From Cetorhinus maximus (Eukaryota), in NCBI RefSeq assembly GCF_964194155.1, contig NC_135903.1:31868001-31932000 (forward strand): a DNA stretch of 64,000 nt. Direction: 5' to 3'. Below the pieces are notes generated by a model, which did no database searches, had not been told where the DNA came from, and saw only the letters and a program-made list of their open reading frames with translations. A program made the position numbers and the translations under genes. This document shows positions 48,201-60,350 of the stretch, one piece after another (the first letter of the stretch is position 1; each line of letters begins with the position of its first letter).

Positions 48201-49560
48201 TCACTTCTCACATTGCTCTCGTTATTGAGTGGACTCTCACTTCCCAAAGTGAGGGCATACAGAGGGCAACGCAGACCTTTCTGGAGATCATGGCCTGGTA
48301 AATCATGAGGCCAGAAGGTGCTGGACTCATTCTTAAATCGATTGGTTGGAAATCCCTTGAGATGAAAGGGAATGGCATTGAGGGCCAGGAGGACTGTGGC
48401 CATCTCTCCAGGCCTTCACTTTGCTCCTCCTGAAATCTGGCAGCGATTAAAGTGTCACAGGCATGCCTCCCACACCTTCTATGGCGCCGTCACCTTCAAG
48501 TTGACTCTCATCATCTTCTGAGGTTCCTGGGCCTCCTGCTCTTCATCCTCCACAAAATACTTTCATTTCATCCTCTGGCAAGGGATCATCTCTTTGCAGT
48601 GCCAGGCTGTGATGCAACAGACAGCGATGATGCATGAAACCCTATCGGGACTGTCCTGTAGTGCACCACCTGAGTGGTCCAAATATCTGAAGCGCATCTT
48701 CAGAATCCCAATGGTTCGCTCTGCTAGGGAGCATGTGGCCCAGTGAGCAGTGTTGTACCTCTCCTCGGAATGAGGGCGACGCACCGGTGTCATCAGTCAG
48801 CATTTCAGTGGGTACCCCTTATCCCCAAGCAGCCATTCCTTACAGATGTTCAGGCCCATCAAAAATCTCAGGCACTTGGGAGTGATTCAGGATGTAGGAG
48901 TCATGGCAACTCCCAGGGTACCGTGCACAAACGTGCAGAATGCGCTTCCGGTGATCACACACCAGTGGTACATTGATGGAATACTAGCCTTTGCGGTTTA
49001 TAAACATGAGGGCCTGCTGCCATAGAGCCCGTATAGCCACATGGGTATGGTTGATCGCATCCTGCACTCTTGGGAAGCCTGAGATGGCAGCGAAGCCGGT
49101 GAATCTCACGTCCTAGCTAACTTCATCCAGAGAAAACCTCAGATAGTGATGTGCCTTGCTGTAGAGGACATCTGTTACCTCTTTCATGTATCTATGTGTT
49201 GTGGATTGCAAGATGCCGCACAGGCCCCCTGCAACAATCCACAGGCAAAGAAATTGAGTGCGGCAGTCACCTTCAAAGCCACTGGCAGGGGATAGCCTCC
49301 CACTCAATGGGGCGCCAGGTCTTCATGAAGAATGTGACATATGTGATCTACCAGAGCTCAGGACAAGCACAGATGTGCCTGGCATCATCTCTTACTCATT
49401 TGTAAATAGCAGTGGAATACCCGCCCCACCATTAACCCACCATCGGGAGAACCCCAAACTATTTGTACGCTGGCAGGTTTCCAATTTTTGGCCTCCCACT
49501 AAATTCTCCACTCCTGCCCGCCATGAAACCTGCCACGGGCAGGGTGGGAGAATTCCCCCC
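45270..49560. mobile_element. Near full-length degenerate PIF/Harbinger transposon
   Basis: TIRs GGGCGGAATTTTCC (45270) and GGGAGAATTCCCCCC (to 49560). Plus-strand Myb/SANT-like gene (EALIRGVRVHRDVL...AWKAVIKEVS...QCRRGMNDLILSAR|gtaagt at ~45600-45794; exon KLADNRWERAQTG at ~46081). Minus-strand transposase remnants ~48450-49390 (LAERTIGILKMRFRYLD). Confidence 0.85.
47201..47596 (-). mobile_element. CR1 LINE 3' fragment nested in the Harbinger Myb-like gene
   Basis: ORF 47300-47599 (DLIEAYKILTGLDRVD...FFAQRMVSLWNSLP) and catagaaaca-type tail. Confidence 0.88.
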
Positions 49561-51810
49561 AAAGTCTCCCACAAACCAGCAATATTGGGCATAATAAATC
49601 AAGGTTTTCTTATCCTTACATTAAAAAATATTCATTTTTGTATTTAAGAGTGGTAACGTGGTGCAGTTTTATTAATACATCTGAAAATGGGTTGATCGCA
49701 AGGAATAAGCACCTTTAATTTGAGAGCTGTATCCAACACCTGGAACTTGATTTTAAAATCACTGAAAATGACTTGGAAAAGAACTCTACTGAACCCTTTA
49801 CTAGTTTCATTGGTGTACAGTAACCAATCTCCTGAATATTGCTGAAAAGAGAAACGTCTTGCTGAAGCCTTTTGTCTCCAAATTTCAAACGATCACAACA
49901 AAATAATTTGGCATTCTTGTGTTTGTCCTGATGATTGCGATGAAAAGCTTTCGCAACAAGTCTCCCTTTGCAGCAATGTTCAAAATCAATTCCTTAGTAA
50001 ATTAAAATATTTTTAACATGTAAAAACTCTTAAAACTTTACCTTTTTTCTGCTGCAGAAAGCCAGTCAGTGAAGGATGGAACTGCAGCATAGTCTTTTGG
50101 CATTTTTACAAGTTTTTATTTACAGAGATACACCATTACACACATACACCTCCAAACCCAACAACCACAGGCTCAATCTGCTCGTGTTTATAAACCAATG
50201 TCAAAGAGGGACAAATGAACAAATTAACAAAAGATCAAATGAGCTAAAAAAAAACAAAGGAAGCTGCAATTACTGACAAATCACAAAAGGAAACTTACAA
50301 AGGTCAAACCAAAATATGATTTTCGGGGTCAGTAAGGCACCCCAGTCCCCACAGTGCTCACCGATCACAGAAAGCCTCTACCGTGCCAGCAGACACTGCA
50401 TGCGCTCTCTCTAAATACACCTGGCCGTGAACATAGCCGCAGAAGATGGGCAGACAGTAGGGACGGATGTCCCCCTTGACCGCCCACTGCCTGGACCTGT
50501 TAATGGCTATTTTGGTCCTGCTTGTGTTTATAGGAGCACTTGAATGTGATTAAACACTCAGTATATAATTTATACTGTGCGCCTAAAATTAATTAGCTCA
50601 ATTTGAAGAGAATTCTAGAATGGTTGCAAAAGGGCGCAATCAGTGAAACCATACCACCCTCACTATTTTTATTGAGGCTTGACCAGTTTTGTGGGTTAAA
50701 CCAACTGTAAAGCTTATGGAAGCTTGACTGATTCTCAGTGTCATTTAAACTTACATTCTTCAATTATTTTAAGCTGGTTCGGCCAATTTTGGGATAATTG
50801 ATCTGGTAAAACCAACACAAACTACTGGAGACTCTAGGCTAAGGCGTTTAGCCATATTATAAGTGTATGCATTTTGAACTTTACCCTGCCCTCTCAATTT
50901 TTAAATATTTAAGGCTAATCATGGCGAATGTACCCTTGGAGAAATAAAAGACGGGTATGTGAGTCATATGACAGTTACAAACTCAAAATTTATATCAGTT
51001 GACAAAACACACATCCTTAACATTTTTACTGTAGAAGGCATAAGAATATGAAAACTTTGTTATTTGATGAATAATAGAATCACATTTTTTGCAATCCTTA
51101 GTGAAAATGGTCAGTTTTCTTACAACCTTCTGCTTGGCTTCTCTAATCTCTGCAAACTCCTGCAAAGGAGTGGAATAAGTTTCACTGAGAAAACTTCTTT
51201 CATTTCGTTTTATTTAAGGAATTGTGCAATATCAGCTTGTTAGTAATGATTAGTGAATGCTTGAGAACTGGCTAAAATGCTAAGAAGTTGGTTGTATAGC
51301 CAGAGTACAGATACAGTACAGACCAACACTTCTTGGTTAATGGCTTCATGGTTAAATCAGAACAAATCCCTTGACCATTTAACAGAAAAAGTACACATTT
51401 ATATAAAAAAATATTTTTGCAGTTTGTTTTTTCACAAGAGCAATTCTGTACACTGGTTTTCACACTGATATAATATCTCCCCATATGACTTTTACAGGAT
51501 GGTGCACTGATGACCTATTTGTGAATATTTACTCAGTAATTTAACATGCTTCTGTGCTATTAGTGAAAATCCCAGCTGTTACAGGATTAAGGCTTACTTT
51601 CTTCTGTTTGAAAATAAATACATATATTAGACATCAAAATTAAGTTATTTTATTTCAAAAATTGGTCAGACTTAGACCTCTGTTACCACATCTAAAATTA
51701 CATTAGGTGAAGTGCAAAAATGTTAAAAACACTTCAGTTCTTCCTCTCTAGTTGTTTATTAGCTCAATCAATAATTTCAATGACTTGGGTATTTTTCAAG
51801 CTAATAGGTA

Positions 51811-51930
51811 TCCAAACATGCTTGCGTCAGCCTGACATGGTCTTGCTTTGTTCGTTGACTCTCTGAGCCTAGCTTTTGAGTCCAAAGATCACTGTTTGCG
51901 CATTATATAGCTAGCGATCGCTGTATATAA
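51811..51930 (+). promoter_or_regulatory. Proximal promoter of copy 4: CRE-like TTGCGTCA (51822-51829), HNF4-like TTTTGAGTCCAAAGATCA (51874-51891), TATA (51924-51930)
   Basis: Motifs read directly upstream of the ATG at 52020. Order and sequence resemble the mammalian G6PC1 promoter as I recall it. Confidence 0.7.
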
Positions 51931-52019
51931 CGGATCCACACAGCACAGCAGAGAAGAGCTAATCCTGCAAAGGGACAGACTGTGAGAGAGGTTGCCTGAA
52001 GTTTCCAAAGGTGAAGAGA

Positions 52020-55000
52020 ATGGACGCTGGGATGGACCTGCTCCACAGCTCAGGGGTAGAACTGGTGCAGTATCTACAGCTGAATTACAAGGACTCCCAG
52101 AGCTGGTTCACTTTTATCTCTTTTGTTGCTGACCTGAGAAACACTTTCTTTGTTTTCTTTCCCATCTGGTTCCACCTGTGTGAAGCAGTGGGCATCAAAC
52201 TCATCTGGGTGGCAGTCATTGGAGACTGGCTCAACCTCATCTTTAAATGGTAAGTTTCATAGAATAAAATTATAATATGTATATACTTTTTTTTGTTACT
52301 TGCAAAATCTCAAGGATAGGTTAAACGTTTCTGAGAAGCAGACCTATGTAGAATATGAAAGGTTCTGCTTCCATTGACAAGCCAGGATCAAACTGATCTT
52401 AGTAAAAGGTTCTTTCATTATCTAATTTTCATTTTGTGGAATTGACCATGCAATGTTTTAGCCTTATTGAATATTGGACCCTTTCTGGGCCAGCACAGCT
52501 ATTCACAGGTTTAACCAGCTGAACCTTTGGGGAGCCCATTACCACTATTAGCAGAAGGACTCATAGGATTGGTGGGCCCTATTTTTCTATCTTCCATCCA
52601 ACTTCTCTTTTCGATTGAAAGTGCTGATTTCCCCTGGGCTGCTTCCGTGTAGAAAAGGTAAGTCAACCACAGGGTGCATCACTATCCAATCCCGTCCTTA
52701 TCAGGTGTACTTTCCAAAACATACTCTAGTTAGCTGTTTCCTTATTTAGCTCTGGGGCATTGCAATTGTAATGTTAGACTCCCTCCAGTGACCAGTCAAT
52801 ATAATCAAGATCAAGGATACAAGCCAGGACCTTCCTGGCCTGATAGCTCAGTATCGCACCAACTATGGCACTGTATGCTTGCATTTTGTACTCTTGTATG
52901 CGACTGAAAGAGTGCTATCCTTGCTGGCCTTTTTGTGATGTTTGTGCCCACTGCTTCAATTGAAGGGGAATTCTTCAAATATGTAGGCTGGACTTTGTTC
53001 AGAAGCTGCTGTGGGACTGCGAACCTAAAGAAATATAAAACCCAGAGCTACAGCACTGCATCATGTAGTAGATTTTAAAAATAGCAAAGGACTTGTTGAT
53101 CAAGCAACATCTCTTATTTCAATACACTTTCAAATTTGAAAACAATAGGAGGCTGGATTCAATCTTGTACTTGTGCCGCTATTCTCGCAAAACTGCTGAC
53201 TACACAACTTCCCTTCTTATTTCCCACATTAGCCAACATTGTTAATGCTTAACAAAAACAGAATTACCTGGAAAAACTCAGCAGGTCTGGCAGCATCGGC
53301 GGAGAGCAAAAGAGTTGACGTTTCGAGTCCTCATGACCCTTCGGCAGAACAAATAATAACAAATAAATGTTAATGCTTCCCTCTCCTCAGGTACAGTCCT
53401 CCTCGCCTTCAAACCTGACATCACACTTCTCCTCGAAAAATCAACACCCTTGACCCTATCCTTGCAAACTACTATCCCATCTCCAATGTCCCTTTCCTCT
53501 CCAAAATCCTTGAGTGTGTTTTTGCCGCCCAAATCATAATGCAAATGATCCCTCAGATTTCTGGTGCCATTTAACTTTGTTTAAATAGTAACCTTTAGGT
53601 ACCTTATTGGTGAAATGATGTAGATACGCTTTGTTAAAAGATATTTTATGTGATGAATAAACAGGGATCAGTAATTAACAAGACCAAGGCAACATTCCAA
53701 GATAACCTCTCTATAATCAGGACTCAGTAAACAGGAGGCACTTGGCCCCCAAGTTTTATAATAGTTGCAACAGCTGAGTTCAGCTTATTGTTCAATATAC
53801 GTTAAAAAGCAATTCTTATCAGCATTTTCTAGATATTCCAAAGTAAATGTTGAGCAAATGTTCCATGTTATTTGGTTCTAACATGTTTGGCATTAGTTTA
53901 GCGAATCTTTTGAGTGAAAACCAGAAGTTACTTGAAATCCAAACATCTATCTAATTAAACCATTTTTTTTATATAAAGATTTTTTCTATTTTCCTTTGCA
54001 GGATATTATTTGGCCAGAGACCTTACTGGTGGATTCATGAAACTTCCTACTATGGCAACTCATCTGTTCCAGTGTTAGAGCAATACCCCATCACCTGTGA
54101 AACCGGGCCAGGTACTTATCAATACGATCATGGCTGATCTGATTGTGGTCTTAATTCTACTTTCCTATCTGCCTCCCATAACCCTTGACTCTGCTGTCTA
54201 TCAAAAATCTGTCTAACTCTGCCTTGCATAAATTCAATGACCTAAACCTCCACTGCTTTCTGGGGAAGAAAGTTCCACATACTAATGACCTTCTGAGAGG
54301 AAAAAGTTCTCCTCACCTCTGTCTTAAAAGGGAGGCCTCTTATTCTTAAACTGTGTTGCCTAGTTCTAGTCTCCCCCACTAGTGAAAACAATCTACCCTG
54401 TCAAGTCCCCTCAGAATCTTATATGTCTCAGTAAGATCATCTCTCATTCTTCTAAACTCCAATGGGAGAGCAGCACACTTCCAAATAATAGAAACTGTAG
54501 ATCTTTAAAAACTGCATATTAGACTTTTTTCACCATTCCTGATGATCCCAAACCTTGCCTGTTTCAGGAAGCCCCTCGGGTCACGCCATGGGATCAGCTG
54601 GGGTTTGGTATGTGATGGTGACAGCATTTCTGACCAGCACACTTCAGAATAAGCAGCACTACGTCCAAAACTGGTGAGTCTGTGAAACACTGAATCTCTT
54701 ATAACGCTTCTAAATTTAAGGCCAACCAAATTTGATTGGACCCCTGAGCTGTGAAGAAAGCTTATTAAAAAACTGGAGAAGTTTATACTAGAGGAAAGAA
54801 AGCTCAAGACATGAGATGTGGAAGATGTTAAGGTGTGTAGATAAATTGAACCATAATCACATGTTTGACAGTCACAGACAAAGATGAACACACATTTAGA
54901 AGGTGAACAGTTAATTATTTTGCGTAGAGGTTAGTACACCTACAAAACAAACTGCACAGGTGATTGGATGACCCTAGGCGGGACTGGTGAGCTATTTGTC

Positions 55001-58000
55001 AGACAACCCGGTTTGAGAGACAAAGAAAGAAAGGAATGAGTATAAATCTTAAGAAAGCAAGTGTAAGACATTTTCAAACTTTGGAACTGGCCACTTTAGT
55101 CCTGTACATTCCAATCTAACATTTCAAAGAAATATGGCCAGAAGTTTCCCCCCGTTAGGGGGGATTGTGCGGGGGTGGGCACGAACCTGATTGGCGCCCC
55201 CGATCATGGCTGCGCCGCCATTTTACATGGGTGGGCCAATTAAGACCTGCCCATCATGACGTGCGCCTGGAAGCTCCCTGTGCGGGCGGTCTTGGGGGGG
55301 GGGATACCCTGAGTGGTTCCCTGCATGCGCGCGAAAGAGCTCAGGGATCTCCCTGAGACATGGAGGTACTTCAGGGAGATTTGTTTCAGTGCTAAAGTTT
55401 TAAATAAAGGTTTTTAACACTTTTAAAACATGTCCCCACATGTGACACTTTTCACATGAGCTGGGACATGTCAAAGAATAAATGTATAAATTTTTATTAG
55501 ATTTTAAAACAGTTCATGAAACCTCATCCCGCCCGTGGATGAGGTTTCATGAAAAATGCGAAGGCCGCCTGGGCTCTTCACCTGCCCCCCCACCAACCTT
55601 AAGGTTGGACGGGCAGCTCATTAAATTGAGTTAATTAATTTTTAACAGGCCTTAATAGGCCTTTAACTGTTCGGCAGGCGCACAGCCAAGTCGGCTGCAC
55701 ACCCGCCAAACTGACAATCTAAATGATGCGTGGTGACGTTGGGACACACGCCCGACATCATCATGCGTCATTTTACGCGTCGGCGAGTGGGCCCCGCCCC
55801 TGCTCACTGACAGGAAAACGCTTGTCCATGGAGTAATCTACACACAAAACCAAAAACGAGTAGCATAGTTTCCTTGGGCTCGGGCTTGTACTTTCCAATG
55901 ACAGAGAAAGTAGTAAATAGATATAATACGTATTTTAGAATTCATATAAATGCACTTAATAAAGACTGTAAATTAAGTTTTGTTGCAATAAACTTGCTAA
56001 ATATTAGAAAAGTATTTGGCAGGGAGTGAGTGATAATTCTTCACCTTTTTATTTCTATAAACAAACTCTCAGACAGCATTTGATTTAGTTGTTGTTACTG
56101 TAAAATACAAGTAATTAAAATCATCTAGCTGTTTGTTAAATAACTCCAGTGTCCTGGTCTCAAACACCCTTCCTGGCATCTCGGCTGGTAACAATTCAAA
56201 GGCAATGAATTACTGTTGAAGTGTGGTCACTGTTCTTTTGTATACCAACTTGACAGCCACTTTGTGCACAGCAAACAGTAAATGAGATGAGCGACCAGTT
56301 AATTTGTTTTGACGATATTGGTTGAGGGATGAATGTTGTTGTCAAAACTCCAGGAGAATTCTCTACCCTTCTTTGAAAATTGTACCACGAGATATTTTGC
56401 ATCCACCAAACAAATGGTGACTTGGCTTCACATCTCAATGCACAATAGTACAACATTCACTGGGTACAGCACAGACATATCAACTTCCTAGTTGGCACAG
56501 GCTCCGAGTGCATTAAGTTTTGTAGATAAACATTGCAAGCTCTGGAAAGTGAGTAGAAGTCAAGCTACAGGCTGCAGAGTAAGTAGTAGGCGGGTTGGTA
56601 AAGAGGACGTCTATGGTAATGGATACTGATTTCTTTAGAAATTAATTTTGTTCAATTGACAAAGCACCTGTCTCCCCAATTTCCCCATGTGCCAATCATG
56701 TAACACCTTATAAACATCTGGAGCATTTAATAACTTCACGACCAGAGAGTAAAACTGAATATTGGTCAAGCATTGTTATTTGACAAGAACAATCTGTTAT
56801 GTTGGTAGTATATGTGCTATTTAGACACTTTACAAGTATGTGCAGTTAAATCCTAATTATCATGTTATGTTGTCATCTGCTGTAATCACTGCCTTCACTC
56901 TTTCAGGTGTCTGCGTGCTTTACTATGGGGAGTCTTCTGGGTAATTCAGATCTGTGTCTGTGCATCCAGAGTATTTGTGGCTGCTCACTTCCCGCATCAA
57001 GTCTTCCTGGGGGTCATTTCAGGTCAGTGGAAGTATTTAGTAATCCTTCCTGTATCACTGAGAGGCCACAGTGTCCAATCGGTGCTGTTCCAGGATGTAG
57101 CTGAGTTGCTCTTGCAGAGAGCTGGTGCAGACATGATGGGCCAAATGGCCTCCCTCTGTCAGTATTCTATGATTCTTGTACAAAATACCTTCCTGTTCAT
57201 TTAAAGCTGCTCAATACCCCTGTTAACCTAGCACAAAGATGACGGGTGTACTTGTGCACTCACATGAGAACAGCTCAGGTTGAAATGTCCAAGCTTAGAT
57301 GCACTAAGCATAACCATTGTTTAATTATAGGGCCAGAGCTTCCAAGGAGTGGCAATCACAGTCCGATTACCACTCTGCTCCTTTGGGAGCTGCACATTTC
57401 CTACCCCACCTCCCTTCTCAAGTCTGTTACGAAACATGCTGCGTACCGGCTCCTGGGACTCTTCTGTGCGGTGTAGCAGCATCGGGGGAAGTAAAGTTGT
57501 GCCCCCTTTTTATGGAACTAGTTGCTGTAAAGCAGGTAAGTTTAAAGGTCACAGTCACTTTGAGAAGCCAGGAAGAAATGTGTAAGGTAAAAATGGGTGG
57601 GATACGATGGGTGGGGTAGGATGGGTTCTGGGGTGGGGTGGGGGGATGGTGTGGGTTGCATGGGTTGGGGGAGGGTAGGATGGGTCTGGAGTGGGGGTTA
57701 GTCTGGGCGGGGGGTATTCGAGGGTCGGCCGGGTAGTCATGGGAAGTGGGGGTAGTCGGGGGTGGGGTGGTAGTCTGAAAGTGGGGAAGGTAGTCTGAGG
57801 TTGGGGGTGTATTTGAGACAGTGGGGCAGTTGGGGTTTGGGGTCCAATAAGGTGTTGTGGGGTAGTTGGAGTGGGTGGGGAGTAGTCAGGAGGTCCAGTG
57901 GGGTGATTAGGGGTGTGGTTGGAGGAGGTCCAATGGGATATCAAGGTGTGGGGGAGGGGTGGTCACTAGCATGGTTTCCCAAGAGTTAGAAGTGGTTTTA

Positions 58001-60350
58001 ATCCTTCTAACTTTTCCTGGGTAACTATTCTGCTGAGAGAGTCGAAACCATCTGAAATCTTCGATTTAAATGGGAGTATCAGATGGTTCCCAGTGCAGGG
58101 TAATTGCCCATCAGAAAGTTGACCTTCCCGGGCAATGGCCGTGCAGTCCTTGCACGGGGACTTCCAGGGGGTCCCCAGTTCATCTTCTGGGGTACATCCC
58201 ATGTTTGACCCCCACCCAGGGAATGGAAGTTCTGGGCCATTTATTGTCTCCTTGACTACAGAGAGTTAGCACATAAGTACTTTGCAAAATTATTTTAGCT
58301 ACCACAGTAATAGCTTCATAATTGAAATTACTTCTCTACAATTAAGAAAGAAAATGCTTTGTTACATCACGTTCTCAGGATGTTCTTAAATGCTTCACAG
58401 CCAATGAACTACTTTTGAAGTGCAACCAGCAAACGATTTACAGATGCCAGTGTAGAATCGAGACAACAATATTTCAAGAGGTTACTTACATGACTGTCTT
58501 ATGGACTATTCTTGAGTCTTAATCCAATGCATAGAGCTTAGCTTTATAAGATTTTTTTCTCTGCTTTTCCTTTTTGTCAAATTTCTCCCTTCCTCCTTTC
58601 CTGAAGTGAACTCCTTGCTGCTGTAGGGTTCCATAGGCATGGAGGCCCATTAATACCTAGCCCAAGTGCCATTCTTAATGGGTGAGCCTGAACAATGAGC
58701 TTTGACTGAAGACTACAAGAGAACTGAGCTCCATCCTATCCCCTCAATCAGGGGCCATTGGATAATGACCTCAGATACAGGAACCCTGGCCAATTTCCTT
58801 TCTTCTAACACAGGACACTGAAGCCAAGTAAAGAATCCATAATGACATCTCAGCAGACGTTAATTAACTCAGCACTCAGATTAGCGACTGAATATGGAGC
58901 CCTTCCCTGGTCTCTCTGACTCAGTTACTCATTGCCTTAACTCAGTAAATGATGGGGTGAGCTCACTAAGCCACTGTTAATACTTCATTTGCCATTATAC
59001 GGCTAAAAATAGAAAGTGCTTTGCCTCAGTAAGGCTCAACCTTCCAACTGTTACATCCATTTTCTATAAATGAGAACACAGGGAAACATGGAACAAGACC
59101 ATCCAATCAATCACTAAGATAAAAGCTAATCAATCACTAAGTCTAATCCTTCAACAGACCATTACAATTTACCATGCACTCAGTCCTACTTCTTTAATCT
59201 CCTGGTGCAAAGCTCTTCAAAAGTTTTGCCTGACCTCAAAAAATAATGAAACAAAAAGTATATTCCAGAATATGTATTTATTTTTGACTCTCCTTTATTC
59301 TAACAGGTTACTTATGCCATCTGATACTTGGTCAGAATAGCAGTGCAGCCATTTTCCCTGTTTAATTTTCTCTAATTACACTGATTCAATTAGCCTCTAA
59401 TCCTATACCAAACCAGATATAACTTTTCTCTAGTATTTGTTTTATTAGATTGTTGAGTTAATAGCACCAAAAACAGATACACTGGACACACATCTCATTG
59501 CTGTTTGTGGGATCTTTTGCACAAAGTGTTACCTGACACTTGAACTTACATAGTTCAAAGTAACTTGCTGGTATGCAAAGAATTGTTAAATGTTTCTGAC
59601 CAACTAGATGAGGTACTAGACCAATACAGTTTTTACTGCTAAAGATAGAGGACAATAGCTAATTCGAAATCAACTGTGTTCAGCATAAGCCATCAAATTT
59701 GTGTATTTCTCAAATTGCCTTCAGTGTGAATTATGTCAATAACTAGAGGAGTTCAATGTGCGTTTAGTATAAAAATGTCACCACCATTTCTTGGTCTTTG
59801 CTTTCATAGTGTTAACTTTTGTACTATTTTGCGTTCAGGATTGGTTGTGGCCGAAGCGTTTGGTCGGATTAATGCAATCTACAACACAACCTTCAAGCAG
59901 TATCTGAAGATCACCCTCTCCCTGTTTTCCTTCGCTCTGGGCTTTTATCTGCTGTTGAAATTGGTGGGAGTGGATCTGCTGTGGTCCGTGGAGAAAGCCC
60001 AGAGATGGTGCGCCCGAGCAGAATGGGTCCACATTGACAGCACTCCCTTCGCTGGTCTGGTCAGGAACATGGGAGCCCTGTTTGGATTGGGATTAGCTCT
60101 CAACTCCCCTATTTATGTGGAAAGCTGCAAAGGAAAGAGAAGCCAGCAGTTCAGCTTCAGACTAAGTTGCATTGTGACGTCCTTGATCATCCTGCACCTG
60201 TTTGACTCCATGAAGCCCCCGACACAGAGAGAATTCCTCTTTTACTTACTGTCTTTCTGTAAAAGTGCTGCAGTGCCTCTGGCGGCTGTGGCAATCATCC
60301 CATACTCTGCATCACATATTATGAACCAACAAGAGAAAAAAGTGCTATAG
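52020..60350 (+). CDS. g6pc1: Glucose-6-phosphatase catalytic subunit 1, diverged inverted paralog (copy 4, 357 aa)
   Basis: Exons 52020-52249, 54002-54111 ([36 protein letters not shown]), 54568-54673 ([17 protein letters not shown]...), 56907-57022 (...[13 protein letters not shown]...), 59839-60350. GT-AG introns, all catalytic residues intact, C-terminal KKVL. Confidence 0.95.
53256..53350 (-). mobile_element. Penelope-like element terminal fragment with hammerhead-like motif
   Basis: Minus strand GTT CTGCCGA AGGGTC atgag GACTC GAAA CG TC AAC...GATGCTGCCAGACCTGCTGAGTTTTTCCAG. Confidence 0.5.
54120..54465 (-). mobile_element. CR1 LINE 3' fragment in intron 2 of copy 4
   Basis: gatcatggctgatc tail and degenerate RT C-terminus homologous to 40420-40760. 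Begins ~10 bp after the exon 2 donor. Confidence 0.75.
55136..55827 (+). mobile_element. Harbinger-type MITE in intron 3 of copy 4
   Basis: Same architecture as 43570-44243. Degenerate TIRs, possible ATG target duplication, three internal hairpins. Confidence 0.75.
57330..58238. mobile_element. TIR element (MITE) with internal G-rich tract, intron 4 of copy 4
   Basis: TIRs GGGCCAGAGCTTCC / GGAAGTTCTGGGCC, and G-run-rich interior ~57595-57965. Confidence 0.65.

Noticed and set aside
59733-59838. N-terminal part of the 205-aa ORF 59733-60350
   Set aside because: Intronic read-through upstream of the acceptor gttcag|GA at 59839.
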